From assembly GCF_009914755.1 (NCBI RefSeq), contig NC_060934.1: 64,000 bases of DNA; one strand, given 5' to 3'. The stretch is from the human T2T-CHM13v2.0 reference genome, Homo sapiens. Within the stretch, counting starts at the first letter, position 1, and the number at the start of each line of letters is the position of its first letter. The translations under genes were made by a program, and so were the position numbers. Shown piece by piece: positions 29,592 through 43,426 of the stretch. Under the pieces are notes generated by a model. The model did no database searches and was not told the DNA's origin. It was given only the letters and a program-made list of their open reading frames with translations.

Positions 29592-30129
29592 TAGTCATTC
29601 TGTAGCTGCACATTTCTCTTCCAGTTTGAGCTTTGCTGAGTCACACCAAATTGAGGCAGATCATTTGGCACTGACCGGTACACTTGCTGCTTGGATTTTC
29701 ACTGTATGCCTTTAAAAGTCAGCAGTGGACTCTGGGAAATGGATTGCCTGGACCACACTTGATACTTCCAAGACACACAGCACTTTCTCTCTTTTTTTTT
29801 TCCCCTTGCAGAGAAAGTTGTGGAGGTACACTTTTCTTTTGTAGGAGGATTTGGGGTTGTCTTCTGAGTCAGTGAGAATTAGTCCAAATTAACGCTGTCT
29901 TTGCCTTATGCTCCATTGGTTGCTGTGACGTCGTTGAACCTTTACTTTAACCTTCCCAATCTTTCTGTTGTTGTGTGAAATGTCAGAATTATTCTCCCCT
30001 GCCCCAGAGTCCTTTGACAAGGAAGAGATATCATTGCCAAAGGGCAATGCCTCACAGGGGACAGGGCAGCATTTCCTTCAGCAGTGGAGGTAGGAGGCTG
30101 TGCAAGGGTGGAGCACTTTCTTGACCCTA

Positions 30130-30425
30130 TTTTTTTTTTTTTTTTGAGACAGAGTTTCACTCTTGTTGCCCAAGCTGGAGTGGCGCAATCTCGGCTCACT
30201 GCAGCTTCTGTCTCCTGGGTTCAAGTGATTCTCCTGCCTCAGCCTTCCAAGTAGCTGGGATTACAGGCATGTAACATGACACCTGGCTAATTTTTGTATT
30301 TTTTAGTAGAGACGGGGTTTCACCATGGTGACCAGGCTGGTCTTGAACTCCTGACCTCAAGTGATCCGCCCGCCTCGGCCTCCCAAAAGTGCTGGGATTA
30401 CAGGTGGGAGCTACTGCAACCGACC
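30130..30425 (-). mobile_element. Alu (S-type)
   Basis: Antisense dimer in intron 5. Confidence 0.9.
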
Positions 30426-30634
30426 AACCCTAAATTTTTAATGTGTGTGTGGTGTGGGACTGACAGGAGTAGACGGCTGACATGGGCAGATCTCCAGCAT
30501 GTGCTGTTGGGGCCACAGTCTCCTGCCCTCACTCTGTTTTCTCATCTGGTCTTATTTTACCAACTTCAATTTTCTAAATTCAACAGTGTGGAACCACTAG
30601 GGGGTATTGTTCTTCTGTTTATTGAGTTATAATC

Positions 30635-30945
30635 TTTTTTATTTATTTATTTATTTATTTTGAGTCAGAGTTTCGCTCTTGTTGCCCAGGCTGGAGTGGA
30701 GTGATGTGATGTTGGCTCACTGCAACCTCCACCTCCTGGGTTCAAGAGATTCTCCTGTCTTAGTCTCCTGAGTAAATGGGATTATAGGTGTGCGCCACCA
30801 CACCCAGCTAATTTTTAGTATTTTCGGTAGATATTGGGTTTCACCACGTTGGCCAGGCTGGTCTCAAACTCCTGACCTCAAGTGATCCATCTGCCTCAGC
30901 CTCCGAAAGTGCTGGGATTACAGGCATGAGCCACTGTGCCCGGCC
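30635..30945 (-). mobile_element. Alu (S-type)
   Basis: Antisense dimer with (TTTA)n tail. Confidence 0.9.
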
Positions 30946-31200
30946 TAATCTATTTTTATATTAAAATATATAGTTACATTATGTCTCATTAGTACTGCTT
31001 TTTAGGGGACAGCTCACCAGAATGTTCAGTTTCTTTCCTTGGTCCTCCTCTTCTTGGACCTTATACTAGGAGGTTGTACCCTTTTCCCTGTTTGCTTGCT
31101 GCTGATAGACTTTTGGTAGGCTTTTGCCATTTTTGTTAAATTTTGTTAATTAGGCCCTTGGGGAGGGAGATTCTGTGTGATACAGCTTTACTTTGGTATC

Positions 31201-31504
31201 TTTTTTTTTTTTTTTTTTTTGAGATGGAGTTTTGCTCTTATTGCCCAGGCTGGAGTGCAGTAGTGCAATCTCAGCTCACTGCAACACTGTTTCCTGGGTT
31301 CAAGTGATTCTCCTGCCTCAGCCGCCCGAGTAGCTAGGATGACAGTTACCCGCCACCATGTCCCGCTAATTTTTTTGGATTTTTAGTAGAGATGGGGTTT
31401 CACCACGTTGGTCAGGCTGGTCTCAAACTCCTGACCTCAAGTGATCCACCCGCCTTGGCTTCCCAAAGTGCTAGGATTACAGGCGTGAGCCATGGTGCCC
31501 GGCC
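31201..31504 (-). mobile_element. Alu (S-type)
   Basis: Antisense dimer ~210 nt before exon 6. Confidence 0.9.
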
Positions 31505-31717
31505 TTACCTTGACATCTTTACCTAGGATTTGACTTTTAAAAAAATCAGTGAAAAAAAGAATTTTTTTTTTAACTTTTAGTCCTGCTGTGTTTCTTATTC
31601 TCCACTTTCGTTATGTAGCTTGTTTGGGATAGTCAGATGGAACAGGGTATCAGGTGGCACATGTAAGTTTGTTTTCAACTGAAATGTTTGACAGCCTATT
31701 CCTTTCATGATGTACAG

Positions 31718-31811
31718 GATCTATACATTGATCGTCCTTTACCATATCTCATTGGGTCAAAGCTGTTCATGGAACAAGAAGATGTAGGTCTTGGAGAGCT
31801 GTCCAGTGAAG
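31718..31811 (+). CDS. WASHC2A: WASHC2 exon 6
   Basis: CAG|94 nt|GT; [31 protein letters not shown]. Confidence 0.95.
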
Positions 31812-31965
31812 GTACTTTTCTTCACCAAATAATTTTGTTCCTTAACATTTCTTTTTTATTTTAAAATAATTTCAAATTTTACATTAAAGTTTCAAGAATA
31901 GTTCAAAGAACTCTCATATACCCTTCACCTGGGTTTACCAGTTAACATTTCACCACATTTGTTAG

Positions 31966-32625
<660 letters not shown>

Positions 32626-33142
32626 CTGTGTGTGTTTTCTAAGAACAAGGACATCTCTTGTATAATCACAGTAGAATTACAAAGCCAGGATATTTTCCTG
32701 GACATAAGGGTATTATCCAATCTGCTGCTATGTTCACATTTTGCCGTTTGTCCCAGTGACACCCTTTACAGTCTCTCTCTTTTGTTCTGTGGTCCGGGAC
32801 TCAATCCAGGACCAGCCACCACATTTGGTTGTCAAATCTTCAGTTATCTTTTAATCTGATGCCATTTCTCAGCCTTTCTTTGCTTTTTATGACCCTGACA
32901 TCTTTAAAGAGTACAAGCAATTTTTTTTTTATTTGTAATGAATAATTTTTGGGGGGAGAGATACTTCAAGACTACATAAATATGTAATTCCTCACCATAA
33001 TGACACTTTCAATTCCAGTAAGTGGGTATAGATGGTTTTATCAAGATCTCTGTGATGCTGTTGTATGGTGGTTTGTGATTTTGAGCTAAGGACATTTTCT
33101 TGTGAATATTGGTGTGGTGACCCTTATCTCTCTTCTCAACAG

Positions 33143-33204
33143 AAGGCTCTGTAGGCAGTGATCGTGGCAGTATTGTGGACACTGAGGAAGAGAAAGAAGA
33201 GGAG
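33143..33204 (+). CDS. WASHC2A: WASHC2 exon 7
   Basis: CAG|62 nt|GT; EGSVGSDRGSIVDTEEEKEEE. Confidence 0.93.
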
Positions 33205-34084
33205 GTAAGGGCTGTTTGGTATGACCAGGTCACGGTGGGCAGCAAGCTTAATTTAAGATGGGCCTAGCAGGCTAAGTAAATAGCATAACTGTGAATTCGT
33301 AATCTGCTTCCATAAAGCTTTTAACAGTGATAGAAGCCACATTCTGAGTTTTTTTTTCCCAAGGGTTAGATTTCCTTTTTGCCTTATGTACAATAATAGG
33401 GAAAGCTGCTTTCATCTCTTCCACTATTATCCTCTCTCCCACCTTGCCACCAAATATCTCTTTCACCCAATATATTTTTGAGAAGGGCAGCTTAGATGTT
33501 TTGGTGGAATCTCTGCCTGGGATATAGTCTTTGAGTATATTCTGTCTTTGAATAATTCTAAGGGAAAAAATCTACATTTAGAACTTTTGTAAACTATAAA
33601 ACCTAGAGCAGGATATACCGAAAGCCACCACTTACATTCTATTTTGCTGCTGCCGCTAGCGCTTTCATATCCACAGAGCATAATTTCATTTCCTTGTCTA
33701 GAGTTTGAGTTTGTGGGCCTTGACTACAGTTGAATCTGTAGTTGTTCTTTAGATGGGATATTCGTTATTGCAAAGGACACAGCCATGTTGCAGGAGAGTC
33801 CTCGAGTATGGGATTTCCGAAAGGAGACAGTGTTGTGTATGTGCTTTTCTCTTCTGGTTGGTCCCCCTTTCTGCACTCTCCCTGCCCGCCTTTCTTCCAG
33901 TCCTCCAAAGAAAAACCTGACAGCAGGAAATGAGCTTTTCTTAAGTAACTTTCGTATAACAAAAGCAGTGCTCATTAGGGGAATCCCTTGCTTTTAGCCA
34001 CCGATGTGGCACTTCTATGTGGCACTTCATCAATAGTTGCTCGTAGCAACTATTGATGTCCCCTTCTTGGGCCTAATGAAGTAG

Positions 34085-34540
34085 TTATTTTTATTATTTT
34101 TTTTATTATACTTTAAGTTTTAGGGTACATGTGCACATTGTGCAGGTTAGTTACATATGTATACATGTGCCATGCTGGTGCGCTGCACCCATTAGCTCGT
34201 CATCTAGCATTAGGTATATCTCCCAATGCTATCCCTCCCCCCTCCCCCCACCCCACCACAGTCCCCAGAGCGTGATATTCCCCTTCCTGTGTCCATGTGA
34301 TCTCATTGTTCAATTCCCACCTATGAGTGAGAATATGCGGTGTTTGGTTTTTTGTTCTTGCGATAGTTTACTGAGAATGATGGTTTCCAGTTTCATCCAT
34401 GTCCCTACAAAGGACATGAACTCATCATTTTTTATGGCTGCATAGTATTCCATGGTGTATATGTGCCACATTTTCTTAATCCAGTCTATTATTGTTGGAC
34501 ATTTGGGTTGGTTCCAAGTCTTTGCTATTGTGAATAATGC
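34085..34540 (-). mobile_element. Young 5'-truncated LINE-1 3' end (L1PA2-like, not Ta)
   Basis: Near-consensus L1 3'UTR; minus strand reads GATGACGAG (not the Ta ACA) and AAACTTAAAG; G-rich tract and poly-A present. Confidence 0.9.
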
Positions 34541-34921
34541 AAGGAAATAGAGACAGTATAGTCCAAAATGTAAAATAACACAAACTGACTTTCAGTAATT
34601 TAGTTAGTTAAATGTGCAACTCTTTAAATCCAAAGGCAAGAGTTGAAAGTGCAGGTGATGTGAACAAATTGTTAGAGGCATTTAAGTGAACCACAAAAAT
34701 TACATGTTAACTGGAACAACCCTTCACAATATTGCCAGCTATCCAGCTTATCTGCACCTTGATACTTAAGGTGACCAGTAGTCAGTACAAAGAGACTGAG
34801 TGTCAGAGCTTTTTCTCCACTTGACATAGAATCAGCCTGCCCCAGAGACTTAGACCTGCAATCATTTCTGTGCTTCTAAGTAAAGCCCATTTAACAACAA
34901 AGCCTTTTCTTCCCCACAAAG

Positions 34922-34969
34922 GAGTCAGATGAAGATTTTGCCCATCATAGTGACAATGAACAAAACCGG
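34922..34969 (+). CDS. WASHC2A: WASHC2 exon 8
   Basis: AAG|48 nt|GT; ESDEDFAHHSDNEQNR. Confidence 0.92.
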
Positions 34970-35459
34970 GTAAGGCTCATATATTGAAATGACTTTGTTT
35001 TTACATTTTAATTGAAGCATAGTATATATACTAATATTACTTTGGAATGATTTATGACCAAGTGAGGATTTTTTCTTGTATACAATTTATTTTCCTTTAA
35101 GCATTTCATGTATTTAGGCTAACTACCTCCTTTGTATATATTTTTTCCAATTTTGCTTTATAGTTTATTTTTCTTAGAAAAGAAGTTTCAAAGAAGTGAA
35201 AAACACAATTGGAAAACAGAGCCTCTAAAAGAAGACTCAGTTACCCAAACTGAACTACTTTGCATGAGTCCCTCTTCTGTTTTAAAATTGGAGACAATCT
35301 AGCAGTAACATTATTGAGTATTCACAAGATGAAAACTTCTTACCCTACTGTCTTAGCACGGTTATCTTAATTTTTGAATAGCTAAAGGCGTATTCTTTTC
35401 ATAGTGTGCATCTTTCATTTTCTGCCATTTTATGTTAACATTTTATAAATGTATCCTTA

Positions 35460-35778
<319 letters not shown>

Positions 35779-35911
35779 TAGCCTTTGCAGTTTGCGTTGT
35801 AAACTTCTATACTTTTAAACATACTGAGTATGATACTGTCATAGTCTCTAAATGTATAAGGGAAAGGGTTTATTTCTAGAGTTGTATTTTTGATGTAATA
35901 ATGTATTCAAT

Positions 35912-36206
35912 ATTTTCTTTTCTTTTTTTTGAGACAGAGTCTCGCTCTGTTGCCTAGGCTGGAGTGCAGTGGTGTGATCTCAGCTCAATGTAATCTCCGC
36001 CTACAGGGTTCAAGCGATTCTCATGCCTCAGCCTCCCTGAGTAGCTGGGACTATGGGTGTGTGGCACCATGCCCGGCTAATTTTTTGTATTTTTAGTGGA
36101 GTCAGGGTCTTCCCATGTTTCCCAGGCTGGTCTTGAGCTCAGGCAAACCGCCCACTTCGCCCTCCCAGAGTACTGGGATTACAGGTATGAGCCACCACGC
36201 CCAGCC
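35912..36206 (-). mobile_element. Alu
   Basis: Antisense dimer; AATATTTTC TSD. Confidence 0.88.
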
Positions 36207-36600
36207 AATATTTTCATATATAGAAATCCTTTGCTTCGGTGAACTGTTTCTTCAGAATGAGGTGGTATAGAGTTATGTTAATAACTCTTAATGTCTGGTG
36301 GACATTCTAAATTAAGTATTATGCATGTAGATTTTCCTACAATCTCATCACTGGGGTGATTATTTTAAATTTCTTTTAGTTAAAAATTTGCATTTAAATT
36401 TCTTAACTGGGAAATATTTTTTTCACAAAAATGTTTAACTATCAAATGAAGGATTTTATACTTTCTGGTTGTTACTGTATTTTCCTGGTTGTATTCATAA
36501 ATGTGGTTGATCTCTATAATTTTAACGATCAGTCTTTCTTCATAGGATATTTGTTTCTATGGAATTTCCTATTAAGATCTGTAAATGCAAACAGTTTTTC

Positions 36601-36911
36601 TTTCCTTTTTTTTTTTTTTTTTTTTTTTTGAGACAGAGTCTCTCTCTGTTACCCAGGCTGGAGTGCAGTGGCACGATATTGGTTCACTACAACCTCCACC
36701 TCTTCGGTTCAAGTGATTCTCATGCCTCAGCCTCCCAAGTAGCTGGGATTATAGGCATGTGCCACCATGCCCAGCTAGTTTTTGTATTTTTAGTGGAGAT
36801 GGGGTATCGCCATGTTGGCGCGGCTGGTCTTGAACTCCTGACCTCAGGTGATCTGCCTGCCTCAGCTTCCCAAAGTGTTGGGATTACAGGCGTGAGCCAC
36901 CACGCCCGGCC
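36601..36911 (-). mobile_element. Alu (S-type) marking the edge of the duplicated arm
   Basis: Intact TSD CAAACAGTTTTTC at 36588-36600 and 36913-36925. Confidence 0.92.
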
Positions 36912-37452
36912 ACAAACAGTTTTTCAAAAACAGTACAGTATAGTGAGTAAAAGCACTAGCTTATGCAACAGGTTGGTTTTGTGTGCTGCAGCTAACCTCA
37001 AAGTTGTAAGGATTAAATTAGATAATAAAGTGCTTTTAGTAACATGCCTGGCACAGTTCATTGATTCAAACATTGAAAAAAAATTTTTTTAATTATACAT
37101 AGTAGTGTGTACCTTTGGAAAAATTAGAACTTAACAGATAAGGCTAAGTTTGAGCCTTCCAGTCCTTTCCTTCTCTGCATACTCTTCAGAGGTAACTGGG
37201 ATCATGTTCTGGGAGCATGTCATTCCAAGTCTGTTTCTTTGCTTTTATAAACACATCTGTTTCCATAGAAATGCTGTAGTGTTTGCAGAGGGGGCGGGGC
37301 GTGGTATCATCCTGGATTTGTTATTCTGCGCTTTTTTGCTTGACCTACCTTGGATGGCTCTCTAGTCGTTACAGCTTTTACCTTTTAACTATTACTCAGT
37401 ATTCTTACTAAGGTAAGACTATGCTGATGATGTTTATATTTCTCTAGTAAAA

Positions 37453-37780
<328 letters not shown>

Positions 37781-37866
37781 TATTTCTCTAGTAAGCCATT
37801 TTTGATATTTTAATATTCTGCTTTTTATATTCTTGTTGTTACATTCTTATAAAGGATACATTTTTA

Positions 37867-38199
<333 letters not shown>

Positions 38200-38423
38200 T
38201 TATATTTTATATATATTTTTATATATATATTTTTCTTAGATTCAAAGTAAATCTTGTGTATTATTTCTTCCAGCACATCTTTTGCTTCATAACTTGCTGC
38301 ATCATGTTTATGATTATTATTTTAAAAAGCTGTTACTTCTTTGAAGGAGGAGCCTAAAGGCTGACAGTATCTCTTCTTTAGCTTAATAACTAGTAGTTCT
38401 AATTTGGTATTTTATACTCTTAG

Positions 38424-38534
38424 CACACCACACAAATGAGTGATGAGGAAGAGGATGATGATGGCTGTGACCTTTTCGCTGACTCTGAGAAGGAGGAGGA
38501 AGATATTGAGGACATTGAAGAAAATACTAGACCT
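38424..38534 (+). CDS. WASHC2A: WASHC2 exon 9
   Basis: TAG|111 nt|GT; [37 protein letters not shown]. Confidence 0.95.
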
Positions 38535-39078
38535 GTAAGGAAGGCTGTAGTTGCTATCACTTGGCAGAGTTTTAGAACCAATGACTTGTTTTTCTTTTTA
38601 TTGTGACTTACTTTGTACATCACTCATTTTGGCATATTTGTCATTTCATTTACACTTTGGAAAATAATGGCAAGCATCTCAAATTGCCTCACAAGTACCA
38701 CTTTCTTGTCCAGATGTTATGATTTTATGAGTCAGATCATTCAGAATATGTCTAGTTCCAGAGTTTGAAGACCATAGTGCTCCTGTCTCTCCATCCATTC
38801 ACCTTTTTCTTATTTTCGTATTTAGATTTTTAAGTATTAAAGTCAAGTATTAAAAAGAATAAGGAAATAAAGGGCATCTCCCTTTGAAGGAACATTTTAT
38901 GAGTCCTATTCCTTGGGTGAGCTGTATAGGGTACATATGTTTAAATTCATTTAATTAAACTCTGTTTTCTCCTCAGTTCAATTTCTTTGCTCTTGTATAC
39001 ATAATGTTGTTAGGTGTCCAAAGTGAAGTGTACTAGTTTGTTACAAAAAAGCGATTCTTTTGATTTCTCCTGCTGTAG

Positions 39079-39166
39079 AAAAGAAGCAGACCTACATCGT
39101 TTGCAGATGAGCTGGCTGCCCGCATCAAGGGGGATGCCGTGGGTCGAGTGGACGAGGAGCCGACAA
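39079..39166 (+). CDS. WASHC2A: WASHC2 exon 10
   Basis: TAG|88 nt|GT; [29 protein letters not shown]. Confidence 0.94.
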
Positions 39167-39809
39167 GTGAGCCCCAGCCGCGTTGATGGGGAGTAGGGGG
39201 GGAGTAGTGCAGGGCCCTCTGCTGGCTTCACCAAAGGCGGATTTCTCTTTTTATTAGTAATTACTACATATATTTATTAGTAATTGCTACATATAATTTA
39301 AATTGTAGCGCTTATTCCTTTTTTGGTTAATGAGCTCCTTTAGATAACTGAACACTGTGGACCCACAAGAAAAACGTACATGTACACATGTAGATAACCC
39401 TTTACATATAATTTCAGGGGATTAATAGAAACTCCAGAGAACCATGGGCAACAGCTTAAGAATTCCTGGCTGAATATTTACTCCTATATTTTGAACACGT
39501 AAGAATGTGCTATATAGCATATTCTAGTTATAACAGGGTAGAAAGATAACACAATAATTCTTTCAACAAATACAATCCTGTTATGCACATGAGCCTGGTA
39601 CGAAAGCAGAAGGCTTCTGCCTTACAAAGAGACTCTTGAGTGCCCACTGTGGGCAGGGCCAGGGGGTTCAGTGCTCTGGTGCAGCTGAGATGAAAGGCAG
39701 ATGTCTTGCTCTTAGCTGTGAGTTATGAGGATGACAGACGTGGAAAGAACCAGGATGTGTATACTGAGGGAGGACTTAGTACTATTAAAACTGTGAACTG
39801 TTCTTCAAG

Positions 39810-39881
39810 CCTTACCCTCAGGAGAAGCAAAACCTCGGAAGACACTCAAAGAGAAGAAGGAAAGGAGAACTCCTTCAGACG
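39810..39881 (+). CDS. WASHC2A: WASHC2 exon 11
   Basis: AAG|72 nt|GT; [24 protein letters not shown]. Confidence 0.92.
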
Positions 39882-40102
39882 GTGGGCCTTTTCCCTCAAT
39901 TCTGTTATTTTAGGAGCCTGTTGACTAAGGAATGTTGCTTACATAATTCATGAAGTACTGCTTTACATGCTGTTTTCCCTCTGACAAATGGGTCTGTCTC
40001 CATTTACTTTTCTAAAGCCTCTGGGCTGGGCGCGGTGGCTCACACCTGTAATCCCAGCGCTTTGGGAGGCCGAGGCGGGCGGATCATGAGGTCAGGAGTT
40101 TA

Positions 40103-40450
<348 letters not shown>

Positions 40451-40915
40451 TTAGGAATCTCTAGCATTTGTTTTCAATAAAGGATACACCAGGCCTTTTT
40501 CTGCAAACAGCCATGTCCATTACATTAGACTTGTCCCTGTGTCAGTTTGCAGATCCCTTTGTTTATTCTGCCCTTCCTTCCCCCAGATTGGTTGGGGAAT
40601 GGGTCTTGAATGTGGCGTCTGACCCGAATGCTTGCTTCAGAGTAAATCTAGATCCAGGGTGCTGGCCTAGAGAATGAATGCTGTGTGCCACAGACGTGGA
40701 CAGACTTGAGAGTGGAGGCCCAGAGAGTCTTTTGAGGGTGTCAGTGGACTGTGCCAGGGGTTTAGTGTGAAATTCATCAGACTGCCTCACACTTTGTTAA
40801 ATAGTGTCAGATAAACTCCATGCCAGTTTGGAGACACAGCAGATGCCAACCCGGGAATTTGAGTTCTGGACCCATCTTTAATACTCCCTGCAAAACATTG
40901 CTTTCTGTTTGCTAG

Positions 40916-41034
40916 ATGAAGAGGATAACTTATTCGCACCCCCCAAGCTGACCGACGAGGACTTCTCGCCATTTGGCTCTGGAGGTGGCCTGTTCAGTGG
41001 GGGCAAGGGGCTCTTTGATGATGAGGACGAGGAG
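40916..41034 (+). CDS. WASHC2A: WASHC2 exon 12
   Basis: TAG|119 nt|GT; [40 protein letters not shown]. Confidence 0.95.
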
Positions 41035-41507
41035 GTGAGTCCATGGCACCCAGCAACACTCCCTGCAGCTAGCTGTGTCAGGGGTCCACAGGGAAGATAT
41101 AGGCTTTGCTTGTTTAGTGGGGGAAAAACAGTTTCTCAGTTGGAAGTTGCTTCTATTTTCATATTTTGGGACATTTTGAACTAAGAATCACAGAGTGAGA
41201 AATGCCGTATCCTTCTATGCTTTGTTAGGTGAGGAGAAGATGTGCACGTGTTAATGTGAATAATTTACTAGGTGATTGTTTCTTGCCTTATCTGTTGTCT
41301 TCCACGTTTGTTTTTAATTCCTGGACAGGCCTAAATTATTTTAGGGTCTGATTTTGCCATAGTTATCACTTTGCAACTGATTTTCTGGCAGAGTAGTAAA
41401 TATGTAGCTTTAAATCTTGTAGGTTATTTTTCCTTAGGAATCCTCACATGCAGCTATGCTTTCTCCTGGTTTTTTGAATTCTTTGTCATATACCTTATTT
41501 CAACCAG

Positions 41508-41565
41508 AGTGACCTCTTCACGGAAGCCCCCCAGGATCGGCAAGCTGGAGCCTCTGTTAAGGAGG
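41508..41565 (+). CDS. WASHC2A: WASHC2 exon 13
   Basis: CAG|58 nt|GT; SDLFTEAPQDRQAGASVKE. Confidence 0.94.
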
Positions 41566-42795
41566 GTAAGCTGGGGCTGGGCAGCTGCGTCTCCGTGTGC
41601 AGAGTTCCAAAACTGTCTTTCTCACTAGGAGATGGAACAAGGTTGTTCCCAAGCCTTGTTTCTGTGTTAAGCAGGAAGCTGTTGTTTTTACTGTGGTCCA
41701 GTTGAAAGTAATTCATCTTCACTAATTCATGTCTTGGAAAAAACAGTACCATCTGTAAACCCATACCACAGTCTTGCCTCTTTGTTAGGAGAGAACTCAT
41801 AGAAAGTCAAACAAGAAAAGTACCCTAGAGCAATGTTGAGGATGGTTTTCATTGAATGAAGTTTAATTTAAAGAAACATTTTTAACATTCTGTATATAAG
41901 TTGGAGACCAGTAATTCCCCAACCCAGTATGCATTAAAATCATCTGTGCAGGTTTTTTTGTTTTTTTGTTTTTTGTTTTTGTATTTTTAGTAGAGACAGG
42001 GTTTCACCATGTTGGACGGTTGGACAGGCTGGTCTTAAACTCCTATCCTCAAGTGATCACCCGCCTAGACCTGGCAAAATGCTAGGAATACAGGCATGAG
42101 CCACTGCACCTGTCCCCTTGGTGCAGTTTTTAAAAAACACAAATATAAATATGTTTTTTAACCTACAAATGTTACTCCATAGGTTTGTGGTAGTTCTTGG
42201 GACTTGGGAATTAGTGATTCTAAGTGCCGAGTCTCCCGGGCACAGGCATCAGAGCTGGGCCTTGGAGGCCGCTCCTTGTGCCTGCTGTGCGGGCTGCTAG
42301 CCTGGCTCTCCTCTGCTTTCTGCTGTCCATGTTTTGGCATCAGTGACTTGCTTGGTTTCCCCCTTTGCTCTTATGTCTTTATTTTTTTACTGATGACTCA
42401 CATGTTTTTGCGGTTCTTTTTCACCCGTTCATTCTCATCCAACTGGAATGGGTAGAGGTGGAACTGTTTGGGGGAGCCCTGGTCATGCTGTCCCTGCCTC
42501 TGCTGTGCTCACCTCCTCCCTTGGTGTCCCCCAGCTGACCCACTGCTGTGGCTTGATGACGGTCAGCATGCTCTTCCATTGGAGTCACAGCTCAGATTGT
42601 GTTAATCCCAAAAAAAAAGTCCTGACATCGGTAGAGAAGAAAATACTAAAGAATTTTAAAATGACTTGTTCAGGAAAAAGTGGTTTCAAAAGGTCTGATA
42701 CTAGCTGTGTTTTACATCGCACGTATTTCAGGAAGAAAATAGCAAGGAAAGTTATTTCCCTTGTAAAATGGTTACCCCTTGCTTTCTCATTCTAG

Positions 42796-42855
42796 AGTCT
42801 TCATCATCCAAACCTGGAAAGAAAATCCCAGCAGGAGCTGTTTCTGTATTTTTAG
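42796..42855 (+). CDS. WASHC2A: WASHC2 exon 14
   Basis: TAG|60 nt|GT; ESSSSKPGKKIPAGAVSVFL. Confidence 0.94.
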   Translation, partial: SLHHPNLERKSQQELFLYF

Positions 42856-43246
42856 GTAACATAACTTAGGTTTGTTTTCTAAAAACTACACAAATACTGT
42901 TTTTTGCATTTCAAAATTATCATCTTCTAAAGTCTGGCTGGAGATGAGGAAGTACCTGGGAGCTTCAAAGGGCTTTGAGCATCTTATAGAAAGAGCTCAT
43001 TTACTGATATTAGCTCTTATTCTCCTAGAGCTCAGTGGCCTTGGACTTTTTTGTGTTTGAGCTGACCTGGTGATTCTCCGTTGTGAGATGTTCTGTAGCA
43101 GTAATGGATGGAGGCTATTGGGCCCTGTTATGCATTTTGTGGATTAACTGAAATGGAAAGTTTTTGGTGGGTGATAATTTTTTTCTGTAAATTCAACCGG
43201 CCCACACTGGCTCACAGCTGTGGCTGTCTTGTCTTTCCACCCACAG

Positions 43247-43426
43247 GAGACACGGATGTGTTTGGTGCTGCCTCCGTTCCATCAATGAAGGAGCCACAGA
43301 AGCCTGAGCAGCCCACTCCAAGGAAAAGCCCCTATGGTCCCCCTCCCACTGGCCTCTTTGATGATGATGATGGTGATGATGATGACGACTTTTTCTCGGC
43401 ACCCCACAGCAAACCTTCTAAAACAG
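43247..43426 (+). CDS. WASHC2A: WASHC2 exon 15
   Basis: CAG|180 nt|GT; [60 protein letters not shown]. Confidence 0.95.

Noticed and set aside
34131-34445. 104-aa ORF
   Set aside because: Antisense reading of the L1 3'UTR.
36559-37092. 177-aa ORF and the many similar ORFs containing [13 protein letters not shown] or [12 protein letters not shown]
   Set aside because: Alu translations.
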